Source: an uncultured Pelagibacteraceae bacterium (GTDB taxonomy: Bacteria > Pseudomonadota > Alphaproteobacteria > Pelagibacterales > AG-422-B15). Taken from it: a stretch of 64,000 bases of DNA. The stretch covers positions 40,449-104,448 of the forward strand of contig CACGAG010000001.1 of the NCBI GenBank assembly GCA_902571005.1, given 5' to 3'. The notes beneath the pieces are model-generated. The model was not told the DNA's origin. It saw only the letters and a program-made list of their open reading frames with translations, and made no database searches. The position numbers and the translations under genes are program-made. Positions 20,371-28,513 of this stretch are shown here, piece after piece; the first letter of the stretch is position 1; the number at the start of each line of letters is the position of its first letter.

Positions 20371-20371
20371 T

Positions 20372-21028
20372 TTAATGGCCTCTTAGTTTTTCAATATTAT
20401 TTGCATATTCACTTGGGCCGCCTTTAAAAGTTGTGGTACCTGCAACAATCATATCAGCCCCAGCATCAATTACTGATTGAACATTTTCAAAATTAATTCC
20501 CCCATCAACTTCTAAATGAATTTCTCTACCAGATTTATTAATTTCTTCTCTAAGGTTTGATAATTTATCAAGAGCTGTTGGAATAAATTTCTGACCACCA
20601 AAACCTGGATGGACACTCATGACTAAAATGAGATCAAGTTTATCCATAAAAGGTTTTACCACTTCCCATTCAGTATCTGGGTTGATTGCAAGCCCAGCTT
20701 TTACATTTAGTGATTTAATTTTATTCAAACATGCGTCCGTGTCATCTTTTGCCTCTGGGTGAACTGAAACAATATCTGCTCCAGCTTCAACAAACTTCTC
20801 AATATAAGGCTGTACAGGATCGATCATCAAATGAACATCAAACGGTAATGAAGATTTATCTCTTATAGATTTTACAACATCTGGACCTATTGTGAGATTG
20901 GGAACAAAGTGTCCATCCATCACATCTACATGTATGTAGTCAGCCCCGGCTTGAGTGATATTTACAACTTCATCTCCTAATGATGAAAAGTCTGATGCTA
21001 GTATAGAAGGTGATATTTTAACCGACAT
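20372..21028 (-). CDS. rpe: Ribulose-phosphate 3-epimerase
   Basis: 218 aa. 'ISPSILASDF', 'HVDVMDGHFVPNLTIGP' and 'VMSVHPGFGGQKF'. Confidence 0.95.
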   Translation of the reverse strand: MSVKISPSILASDFSSLGDEVVNITQAGADYIHVDVMDGHFVPNLTIGPDVVKSIRDKSSLPFDVHLMIDPVQPYIEKFVEAGADIVSVHPEAKDDTDACLNKIKSLNVKAGLAINPDTEWEVVKPFMDKLDLILVMSVHPGFGGQKFIPTALDKLSNLREEINKSGREIHLEVDGGINFENVQSVIDAGADMIVAGTTTFKGGPSEYANNIEKLRGH

Positions 21029-21125
21029 TATTGTGAAGCATTATTTCTCTGTATAACAGAAAGGTTTGTTGTTTCCCACTGTTTTCATACTTTGATTAGC
21101 GATAAATAGAGATTACATTGTATAT

Positions 21126-21281
21126 ATGAACGATAAAAAAACAGAGGCTGTCGAGAACAAGGAAGACAAGAAAACTGACACCAAACTACCTAAAAAGAAA
21201 AAAGAAATAGGTGGCGCAGATGGTCCAGAACCAACCCGTTTTGGAGACTGGGAAAAAAAGGGAATTACCTCAGACTTTTAG
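21126..21281 (+). CDS. DUF1674 / SDHAF4-like small protein (51 aa, absent from ORF track)
   Basis: ATG 21126 to TAG 21279-21281 gives MNDKKTEAVENKEDKKTDTKLPKKKKEIGGADGPEPTRFGDWEKKGITSDF. The C-terminal 'GPEPTR(Y/F)GDWExKG...DF' is the signature of DUF1674/SDHAF4. Confidence 0.8.
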   Translation: MNDKKTEAVENKEDKKTDTKLPKKKKEIGGADGPEPTRFGDWEKKGITSDF

Positions 21282-21287
21282 AATATC

Positions 21288-21704
21288 TTAGAGCACTTGA
21301 TCAAATTTTGATGGCTTCCAATCCTTTGGGGCCAGTTCTAAATCTTCAAATTCAAAAGCGGGTGCGACTGTGCATCCAATTAAGCTATATGCTCCAGTAG
21401 ATTTCAAAGCAAACCAAGTTTCTTTTTCTACAGTGTACATAAAATTATTATTAGATCCTATCTCATTAACTTGGTATTCCTCACCGTCTTTTGATGTGTA
21501 TATGTTTAGAGGACTGCCTGAATAAAAATGTAAAGTTTCGGTTTTTGTTATTCTGTGCCAGTGGGAATTTTCGTGTTCTTCAAGTAAAAAATATATATGA
21601 GTGACGTCGTCATTTCTAAAAATCTCTACGTAATGACCCCCCTCAGGATGTGGAGTCATTTTGTGTTCTTCAATTAAGGCTTTGACAATATTTTTATCAA
21701 TCAC
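21288..21704 (-). CDS. Cupin-superfamily protein (DUF985-like)
   Basis: 138 aa. 'LIEEHKMTPHPEGGHYVEIFR' and 'HWHRITKTETLHFYSG' match the DUF985 cupin pattern. Confidence 0.7.
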   Translation of the reverse strand: MIDKNIVKALIEEHKMTPHPEGGHYVEIFRNDDVTHIYFLLEEHENSHWHRITKTETLHFYSGSPLNIYTSKDGEEYQVNEIGSNNNFMYTVEKETWFALKSTGAYSLIGCTVAPAFEFEDLELAPKDWKPSKFDQVL

Positions 21705-21710
21705 AAGAAA

Positions 21711-23651
21711 CTACTTGTTCATTCGATTTTCAACAAGATCATTAACCACAGCTGGTTCTGCTAATGTAGATGTATCACCTAAATTACTGTAATCATTTTC
21801 AGCAATCTTTCTTAAAATTCTTCTCATAATTTTTCCTGATCTGGTTTTTGGAAGTCCGGGTGCCCATTGAATTAAATCTGGTGATGCGATTGGACCAATT
21901 TCTTTACGAACCCATGCAACAAGTTCTTTATATAATTCGTCTGATGTTTCTTCACCTGCATTGAGCGTAACGTACGCATAGATACCTTGCCCTTTAATAT
22001 CATGAGGGTAACCAACAACCGCTGCTTCACTAACTTTAGGATGTGCAACGAGAGCAGACTCAACTTCTGCTGTTCCCATTCTGTGACCAGATACATTTAT
22101 AACATCATCCACTCTTCCAGTGATCCAGTAATAACCATCTTCATCTCTTCTGCAGCCATCACCAGTAAAATATTTTCCATCAAATTGTGAAAAATACGTT
22201 TCAATGAACCTTTTATGATCTCCGTAAACTGTTCTCATTTGTCCAGGCCATGAGTCCGCTAAACAAAGCGAACCCTCGCATGCACCTTCAAGAATTTTTC
22301 CTTCTGCATCTAAAATTTCTGGCTTTACTCCAAAGAAAGGTTTTGTTGCTGACCCTGGTTTTTGCGCAATGGCTCCTGGAAGAGGTGTTATTAAAATACC
22401 TCCAGTTTCAGTTTGCCACCATGTGTCAACAATCGGACATTTTTTGTCACCAACGACATTATAATACCACATCCACGCTTCTGGATTGATTGGCTCGCCG
22501 ACTGTCCCAAGTAGTTTTAGAGAGGACCTGCTGGTTTTTTTAACAGGATCTTCGCCTTCTCGCATTAATGCCCTAATTGCAGTTGGTGCAGTATAAAAAA
22601 TATTAATTTTGTGTTTATCGACTACTTCCCAAAATCTTGAGGCACTTGGATAGTTTGGGACACCTTCAAACATCACAGTGACAGCCCCATTTGCTAATGG
22701 ACCATATACAATGTAACTATGTCCTGTAACCCAACCTACATCTGCGGTGCACCAATAAACGTCACCCTCTTTATAATCAAAGACATATTGATGTGTCATG
22801 GAAGCATAAACCATATAACCACCAGTGGTGTGCATAACTCCTTTTGGTTTGCCAGTTGATCCAGATGTATACAATATAAAGAGAGGATCTTCTGCTGACA
22901 TTTCCTCAGGGGGACAATTATCAGATTCTTTTTCAGTTAGCTCATGATACCAAACATCTCTTTCATCAACCCAGGCAATATCCCCGCCAGTTCTTTTAAC
23001 AACAATACAATGACGTACACCACCTGAAATCGAAATGGCTTCATCCGTATTTTTCTTTAATGGAATTGCTTTACCGCCTCTTACTCCTTCATCTGCTGTG
23101 ATCACAATATCAGATTTACAGTCACTTATTCTTCCAGCTAACGAGTCTGGAGAAAAGCCTCCAAATACAACAGAATGAATTGCCCCAATTCTTGTACATG
23201 CTAGCATTGCGTAAGCCGCTTCAGGAATCATTGGCATATAAATAGTTACACGATCACCTTTTTTAACTCCAAGAGACTTCATGCCGTTAGCAAGTTTTGA
23301 TACCTCACTGTGTAATTCTTTATAAGATATGTGTTTTGAATCTGCTGGATCATCGCCCTCCCAAATGATTGCGGTTTGATCTCCTTTATCTTTTAAATGT
23401 CTATCAATACAGTTGCTTGATGCGTTGAGTGTACCGTCGTAGTACCACTTGATTGAGAAATTATCTTTATTGTAAGAAACATCTTTTACTTTTGTATACG
23501 GTTTAATCCAATCAATTCTTTTACCGTGCTCACTCCAGAATTCTTCATTGTTATTGAGAGAATTTTCATACCATTCATTATATTTATCTGCATTAATCTG
23601 TGCCTCTGCAGACCATTCACTGCTCACTTCAAACTTTTCATTTTCACTCAT
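21711..23651 (-). CDS. acs: Acetyl-CoA synthetase
   Basis: 646 aa. AMP-binding motif '[13 protein letters not shown]', 'WWQTETGG' and C-terminal '[16 protein letters not shown]'. Confidence 0.97.
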   Translation of the reverse strand: MSENEKFEVSSEWSAEAQINADKYNEWYENSLNNNEEFWSEHGKRIDWIKPYTKVKDVSYNKDNFSIKWYYDGTLNASSNCIDRHLKDKGDQTAIIWEGDDPADSKHISYKELHSEVSKLANGMKSLGVKKGDRVTIYMPMIPEAAYAMLACTRIGAIHSVVFGGFSPDSLAGRISDCKSDIVITADEGVRGGKAIPLKKNTDEAISISGGVRHCIVVKRTGGDIAWVDERDVWYHELTEKESDNCPPEEMSAEDPLFILYTSGSTGKPKGVMHTTGGYMVYASMTHQYVFDYKEGDVYWCTADVGWVTGHSYIVYGPLANGAVTVMFEGVPNYPSASRFWEVVDKHKINIFYTAPTAIRALMREGEDPVKKTSRSSLKLLGTVGEPINPEAWMWYYNVVGDKKCPIVDTWWQTETGGILITPLPGAIAQKPGSATKPFFGVKPEILDAEGKILEGACEGSLCLADSWPGQMRTVYGDHKRFIETYFSQFDGKYFTGDGCRRDEDGYYWITGRVDDVINVSGHRMGTAEVESALVAHPKVSEAAVVGYPHDIKGQGIYAYVTLNAGEETSDELYKELVAWVRKEIGPIASPDLIQWAPGLPKTRSGKIMRRILRKIAENDYSNLGDTSTLAEPAVVNDLVENRMNK

Positions 23652-23663
23652 AAGGAAATTATT

Positions 23664-24080
23664 TTATTTGATACCGCCGAGATTGCAAATAATTGTCCAC
23701 GACTTTTTATCAATTGGCATAACCGAGAGGCGCGACTGTTTAACCAAGGCTAAGTGATTGAGTTTTGGATGCTCTTTTATTTGAGATAAGTTTACTTTGT
23801 TTTTAAGGGCCTTTACAGCTGCGACGGATACCATGCCAAAACGCTTTGATTTGTCTGTAGGATCAGGATGATATTTCTTAACGACTTTTACTATACCAAC
23901 AATATCCCTTTCTTTGACCGAGTGATAAAAAAAACAAAGATCTCCTTTCTCCATTTTTTTCATATTATTGGATGCTTGGTAGTTTCTGACGCCATCCCAG
24001 CCCTCACCTTTACTGCCGGCTTTCACCTGTTGTTCCCACGACCATGTTTCAGGTTCAGATTTCATTAACCAGTAGTTCAT
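23664..24080 (-). CDS. EVE (PUA-like) domain protein
   Basis: 138 aa. 'MNYWLMKSEPETWSW', 'WDGVRNYQASNNMKKMEKGDLCFFYHS' and 'IVGIVKV' form the canonical EVE/Thy28-like pattern. Confidence 0.85.
   Translation of the reverse strand: MNYWLMKSEPETWSWEQQVKAGSKGEGWDGVRNYQASNNMKKMEKGDLCFFYHSVKERDIVGIVKVVKKYHPDPTDKSKRFGMVSVAAVKALKNKVNLSQIKEHPKLNHLALVKQSRLSVMPIDKKSWTIICNLGGIK
24060..24080. repeat. Outer direct repeat, left copy (21 bp)
   Basis: TTTCATTAACCAGTAGTTCAT. On the minus strand this is ATGAACTACTGGTTAATGAAA, codons 1-7 of the EVE gene. Identical to 27493-27513. Confidence 0.9.
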
Positions 24081-24152
24081 CTAATTGTTTCTCCAATGTT
24101 TACGCCATTTTTGAATCATTGGACTTTCATTTTCCTTGGTTTTTTTAAAACA

Positions 24153-24177
24153 CGTACAACACAAAGTACTACACATT
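24153..24177. repeat. Inner direct repeat, left copy (25 nt, tandem GTACWACACA)
   Basis: CGTACAACACAAAGTACTACACATT. 23/25 identical to 27368-27392. Ends 2 nt before the hsdS-like stop codon. Confidence 0.8.
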
Positions 24178-24179
24178 TA

Positions 24180-25577
24180 TTAATTATAAAAATCTTTAAA
24201 ATTTATTTCCTCATCAATATATTTAATTATTTTTTCAGTTAAAGTTTTCTTTTTGGATAATAAATCAAAACTCTGTTTAACTTTTTTAGAAATAAAATCA
24301 TGAAACTTTTTATCAGACAGAGGAATCTCAAACTGTTTAATTCTATTCGCAAGGGTTGGAATAGTCGATTGAATTACAGTATTTTTTTTAAATTGTACTT
24401 CGCCTATAAATTCAGAAAGTAAACAACCAAAAATATAAAATTGTGAAATATCTGATTTATTTTTAATTTTTAAAGAACGTATGTGACTTTGAAAAACATA
24501 ATCAGTATTCGTGAGAATAGATGGAATTCCAACTTTTCCATCATTATTGATAATAAGATCATATTTATCGAATTTATTATTCTGTAATTTTTTAAAATTT
24601 TTATCACAGAAAAAATCAGGAATTAAATCAACTTGATTATTATATATGTCAGATGTTCTGATAAATGGTAAACTATCATCAGATTTTTCTGTATAAATTT
24701 CATAATTAATACTTCCAATCTCATCACCTTTTATTGGATCGATGTAATTATCTAATTTTACAATCTTATATTTTTTTTTAATATGAGCCTTAATTTTATC
24801 CCAAGTGGGATCAAAAAAAGTAGCATTCCATATATTTGAATCTTTCATATTATTAATTTCGGCAGAAAAAATATTAATTTTCTCGAATAGTTTGTCATCT
24901 AATTTAAAATAATCTCTAAAATTTTTCTTAGTTGCATCAATTGAATTTAAAAATTTTTTTTCAATTTTTATTATTTCTAAAAGAATATCAGCAAGAATTT
25001 TTTGTTTGTTCATCTTCAATAATGGTATTTTAAATTTTTTTAATTTATTCAATGAAACCAAACCTTGATTATTTCCTCCACTACTAGAGTATGTTTGGAT
25101 TTTTGAAAAAAAGGACATAAAGAAGCAAGTTAAATACTCTGGCAAGATTTTTGATGAATTCGTTTTTATATATGCAATATTTCTTGGAAGAGAGGTTGTA
25201 TATTTGACATAATCTTTAAAAATTGCTGTTAAACCAACGGTTCCAACTACAGATAAAAGTACAGTATCATTATCAAGAATTTTATTTTTAAATTTGTCGC
25301 TGTCCAATTTAGATAAAAATATATTATCTCTTACATCTATAATTCCATTTTTTAAATTATGTACATATAGGTACTTTATTTCACCATCTGTTATGGGTTT
25401 AACACCAGTATGAATTCCATCACTAACCAGTGGAAAATATTCAGTATTTCCAAGGTTTATAAATTTTATATTTGATTTATTTAAAAATTTATCTCTTGCT
25501 TTAAGAAAATGAAAATATCTAGGATTAAATCTTTTTTCCTGAATTATCGAATTCAAATCAATCTCGAAGTGATTCAT
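24180..25577 (-). CDS. Restriction-modification specificity subunit (HsdS-like, two target-recognition domains)
   Basis: 465 aa. Two halves each have a variable region followed by a conserved helical spacer ('LNKLKKFKIPLLKMNKQKILADILLEI...' and 'LANRIKQFEIPLSDKKFHDFISKKVKQSFDLL'). ATGA overlap with the upstream methylase gene. Confidence 0.8.
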   Translation of the reverse strand: MNHFEIDLNSIIQEKRFNPRYFHFLKARDKFLNKSNIKFINLGNTEYFPLVSDGIHTGVKPITDGEIKYLYVHNLKNGIIDVRDNIFLSKLDSDKFKNKILDNDTVLLSVVGTVGLTAIFKDYVKYTTSLPRNIAYIKTNSSKILPEYLTCFFMSFFSKIQTYSSSGGNNQGLVSLNKLKKFKIPLLKMNKQKILADILLEIIKIEKKFLNSIDATKKNFRDYFKLDDKLFEKINIFSAEINNMKDSNIWNATFFDPTWDKIKAHIKKKYKIVKLDNYIDPIKGDEIGSINYEIYTEKSDDSLPFIRTSDIYNNQVDLIPDFFCDKNFKKLQNNKFDKYDLIINNDGKVGIPSILTNTDYVFQSHIRSLKIKNKSDISQFYIFGCLLSEFIGEVQFKKNTVIQSTIPTLANRIKQFEIPLSDKKFHDFISKKVKQSFDLLSKKKTLTEKIIKYIDEEINFKDFYN

Positions 25578-27322
25578 TGCTTACTCCATTGTAAAAACTT
25601 CTTTGTAATTATTGGTAAATCATCTTCATCAATTAGATCACCCCTTCTATTGTGACCACAAAATTTTGCAATAGACATGAAAACTTTATAATTTTTTTTT
25701 GGATTACTTGTTTTTTTAAAAATAAGAACACTTGTTTTGGTTGTTGTATGTGGAGCAAATGCTTCTATAGGAATATCAATTATTGCTAGAAGTTGGCCAT
25801 GCCTAATTAAATAATCTCTTATATAAGACATTTTATCGTTACCAAAAATTCCGTCTGGCAAGACTATACCAAGTCTTCCACCTTCCTTAAGCAATTCAAA
25901 ACATCTTTCAATAAACAATATTTGTGGAACCTCATCTTTTTTTAATGAACCTCTAACAAATTTTCCAGCTTTATCTTTTTTTCTCATATATCCAAATTCA
26001 TACTGTGATAGTATTTCTTTATTGGAGATTTTCATTTTAGAACCAAAGGGTGGATTAGTAATAATTATATCAAATTTTTCAGGCTGAACTTCGATTTTTG
26101 TTTTTGATTGCCATTCGCTAAATTTAACTAAAGAGTTTTCACAAAACACTCCAGATCTCCCATCTCCCAAGAGTGCCATATATGCTTTTGCAACCTTACT
26201 TAAAAAATTATCTTTATCTATTCCTCTGATATTTTTAATAGCAATTTTTTGTTTCTCAGCCTCAATTTGTGACTCTGGCCATTTTAACATTGATCCATTT
26301 TTTTCTATTTTATTCCATTGGTATTTTAGGGTTTCTACAAGAAAACCACCACTACCACATGCTGGGTCTAAAACTAATTCATCTTCATTTGGATTTATCA
26401 TTTCTACAATCATTCTAATCACATTTCTTGGTGTAAAAAATTGCCCTTGCCCCCCTTTTAATGAAGGTCCAATAAATACTTCAAAAGCATCAGCAATTGC
26501 ATCTCTAGAAGAATCTGAAAGACTAAATCTTTGTATTTCTCCTACCACAAACGCTAAAGAAATTTTATCCAGAGTTATTTTGTCGTTTTTATCTATTACA
26601 TCATCAAATTTTTTTACAACCTCTTCAAAAATCTTCAAAATTCTATCTTTCACTACTTTTGGATCTTCATCAGTTCCCAATCTAAACTTTGGTGCATCCT
26701 CAGGTTTAGTAAATCTTTCATCATATATTTTACAAAAAATTAAATTAATCATTTGTTGAGCAAGAACTTCATCTCTTGTTGCTCCAACTACATTAGGTGC
26801 TAAAAAATTTCTAATTGTTTTAAATAGTGTTTTTAGATTTCTTGCTGGCTTTAGATCTTTTCTTTTAAAATTACCTATATCTTCTAGTCGTTCACCATAC
26901 TTAGGAAAAGCAGGTAATTCATTGTAGAAAACCTTACCTTTTGAATAAGTTTTGTGTAATATAAATTTTTCTTCACCATTAAACCAAATTCCAATACTCG
27001 CATCTGAAAATTTTAAATAATCTTTAAGTTGTTTTATGCCAGATTTTTTATCAGGTTGTTTGCATTCAACTACTATTTCTAAATCTTCGTCCTTTTTTTT
27101 TGAATTTTTAAATATAGCAATATCAACAGGGTAACTTGATTTTTCTGCTGATGGTCTTTCCCTTACCCTATATTGCGGTCTAGTTTGTATATTTGCTATA
27201 GGATAATCGTAATCTTCCACTAAAATTTTTGAAAATGGTTGGGTCGCCTCTCTTTCCTCTGGAGTATTTTTTACTTCAACACCACTGATAAAATCGATAA
27301 TTATTTTATCATTTTTTGCCAT
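25574..27322 (-). CDS. Fusion of N-terminal PD-(D/E)XK (HsdR_N-like) nuclease domain and gamma-class N6-adenine DNA methyltransferase
   Basis: 582 aa. N-terminus 'YPVDIAIFKNSKKKDEDLEIVVECKQP' gives D...E-x-K. SAM motif I 'VLDPACGSGGFLV' and catalytic motif IV 'IIITNPPFG'. 'GQFFTPRNVIRMIVEMI' is typical of the N6_Mtase/HsdM family. Confidence 0.85.
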   Translation of the reverse strand: MAKNDKIIIDFISGVEVKNTPEEREATQPFSKILVEDYDYPIANIQTRPQYRVRERPSAEKSSYPVDIAIFKNSKKKDEDLEIVVECKQPDKKSGIKQLKDYLKFSDASIGIWFNGEEKFILHKTYSKGKVFYNELPAFPKYGERLEDIGNFKRKDLKPARNLKTLFKTIRNFLAPNVVGATRDEVLAQQMINLIFCKIYDERFTKPEDAPKFRLGTDEDPKVVKDRILKIFEEVVKKFDDVIDKNDKITLDKISLAFVVGEIQRFSLSDSSRDAIADAFEVFIGPSLKGGQGQFFTPRNVIRMIVEMINPNEDELVLDPACGSGGFLVETLKYQWNKIEKNGSMLKWPESQIEAEKQKIAIKNIRGIDKDNFLSKVAKAYMALLGDGRSGVFCENSLVKFSEWQSKTKIEVQPEKFDIIITNPPFGSKMKISNKEILSQYEFGYMRKKDKAGKFVRGSLKKDEVPQILFIERCFELLKEGGRLGIVLPDGIFGNDKMSYIRDYLIRHGQLLAIIDIPIEAFAPHTTTKTSVLIFKKTSNPKKNYKVFMSIAKFCGHNRRGDLIDEDDLPIITKKFLQWSKQ

Positions 27323-27367
27323 ATATTTAATTCTAACAAATCAAATTAAATTTATCTAAGAAAAAGT

Positions 27368-27392
27368 CGTACTACACAACGTACTACACATT
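27368..27392. repeat. Inner direct repeat, right copy (25 nt)
   Basis: CGTACTACACAACGTACTACACATT, which is GTACTACACA twice with a 2-nt spacer. Lies 45 nt upstream of the methylase start codon. Confidence 0.8.
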
Positions 27393-27492
27393 CGCTGATT
27401 TTAAATAGCTTTAATCGACATTTTTAATTGTAAAGATAAGGTAAAGGTTAGTGGGAGTCGGTAGAGTCTTAACGATGTATCACAAGTGTTGG

Positions 27493-27513
27493 TTTCATTA
27501 ACCAGTAGTTCAT
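27493..27513. repeat. Outer direct repeat, right copy (21 bp); orphan 5' fragment of the EVE gene
   Basis: TTTCATTAACCAGTAGTTCAT, beginning 1 nt after the gpsA stop. On the minus strand it opens only MNYWLMKPTLVIHR* (27472-27513). Confidence 0.9.
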
Positions 27514-27514
27514 G

Positions 27515-28513
27515 TTATTCCTTTGTGATTGGTCTATTTAAAAGTTCTTGAATTGTAACATCAATATTTTTCTTACGGTACAAAACTTTGTAAATAGCGT
27601 CATTGATTGGCAAATCCAATTTTTTTTCAATAGATAGTTTTTTTAATGCCCTAACAGTGAATACTCCCTCAGCGACTGAAAATTTTTTTTCAATTATTTG
27701 ATTAAGCGTTTTACCTTTCGCAAGATCAATTCCTAAAGAAAAATTTCTAGACTCTTTTGATGAGCATGTGAGAAATAAATCTCCCATACCAGATAGTCCA
27801 GCGAGCGTACTTTTTTTTGCGTTCATGGATTGCGCTACAATTTTTATTTCTGCAAAACTTCTCGATATAATTGAAGCAACTGCGTTTTCTCCATATTTTT
27901 TTCCAAATACAATCCCGCTGGCAATTGCATAAATATTTTTTAGAGCGCCCGCTATTTGTGAACCAATAATGTCATCAGATAAATAAGGTCTCAATGTTGG
28001 AGACTTAATCAGTTGAGCAATTTTATTAGCAACTCTTCCACTTTTTGAAGCAACGACAGTAGCAGCTGGTAAACCTTTTGCAATCTCAGCTGCGAAATTT
28101 GGTCCTGATATGATAGCAATTTTATTTTTTGGAAACATAGAAGTAACTATCTCACTTGGTAATTTCAGACTATTCATTTCTATTCCCTTAGAGCAGCAAA
28201 CAAATATTGTACTAGTTTTAATATCTTTTTTTAATTTTAATAAATTGGTTGATAAGTATTGAACAGGTGAAACTAAAAATAATATTTCACATTTGACTAC
28301 ATCGAGAATTGATGTTGTACATTTTATTTTCTTACTTAATTTAATCTTTGGCAAATATCTTTTGTTTTCAGATATTTTATTAATATTATCACAAACACTT
28401 TTTTCCTTTGCCCATAAAATAACTTTTTCTTTTTTTGATATAATATTTGCTAATGCAGTTCCCCATGCACCTGCACCGATCACACCGACTTTATATTTAA
28501 TATTATCCTTCAA
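27515..28513 (-). CDS. gpsA: NAD(P)H-dependent glycerol-3-phosphate dehydrogenase
   Basis: 332 aa. 'VGVIGAGAWGTALA' Rossmann motif and 'GALKNIYAIASGI'. Confidence 0.93.
   Translation of the reverse strand: MKDNIKYKVGVIGAGAWGTALANIISKKEKVILWAKEKSVCDNINKISENKRYLPKIKLSKKIKCTTSILDVVKCEILFLVSPVQYLSTNLLKLKKDIKTSTIFVCCSKGIEMNSLKLPSEIVTSMFPKNKIAIISGPNFAAEIAKGLPAATVVASKSGRVANKIAQLIKSPTLRPYLSDDIIGSQIAGALKNIYAIASGIVFGKKYGENAVASIISRSFAEIKIVAQSMNAKKSTLAGLSGMGDLFLTCSSKESRNFSLGIDLAKGKTLNQIIEKKFSVAEGVFTVRALKKLSIEKKLDLPINDAIYKVLYRKKNIDVTIQELLNRPITKE

Larger units (their letters stand above)
24081..27513. mobile_element. Putative inserted genomic islet carrying a two-gene R-M cassette (no recombinase)
   Basis: Bounded by the 21-bp direct repeat. 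Contains only the S-subunit and nuclease-MTase genes. Visibly more AT-rich than the acs/gpsA flanks (by eye, not computed). Interrupts an otherwise tight gpsA/EVE junction. Confidence 0.55.

Noticed and set aside
23526-23757. Two overlapping 69-75-aa plus-strand ORFs spanning the acs/EVE junction
   Set aside because: They are antisense to the 5' end of acs and the 3' end of the EVE gene. Their products are hydrophobic and low-complexity with no RBS.
24771-27101. A9/T9 homopolymers inside the R-M genes (24771-24779, 25692-25700, 27093-27101) as slipped-strand phase-variation switches
   Set aside because: Equivalent or longer tracts occur in core genes (e.g. T10 at 1363-1372 in holA). They simply encode Lys runs in this AT-rich genome. 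Nothing singles out the R-M genes.
27393-27492. Relatively GC-richer 100-nt stretch between the inner and outer right-hand repeats (…GGTAAAGGTTAGTGGGAGTCGGTAGAGTC…) as a tRNA or ncRNA fragment
   Set aside because: I could not fold it into a cloverleaf or find T-arm or anticodon-arm signatures, and there is no similarity to the left-hand spacer. It stays unexplained but cannot be supported as an RNA gene.
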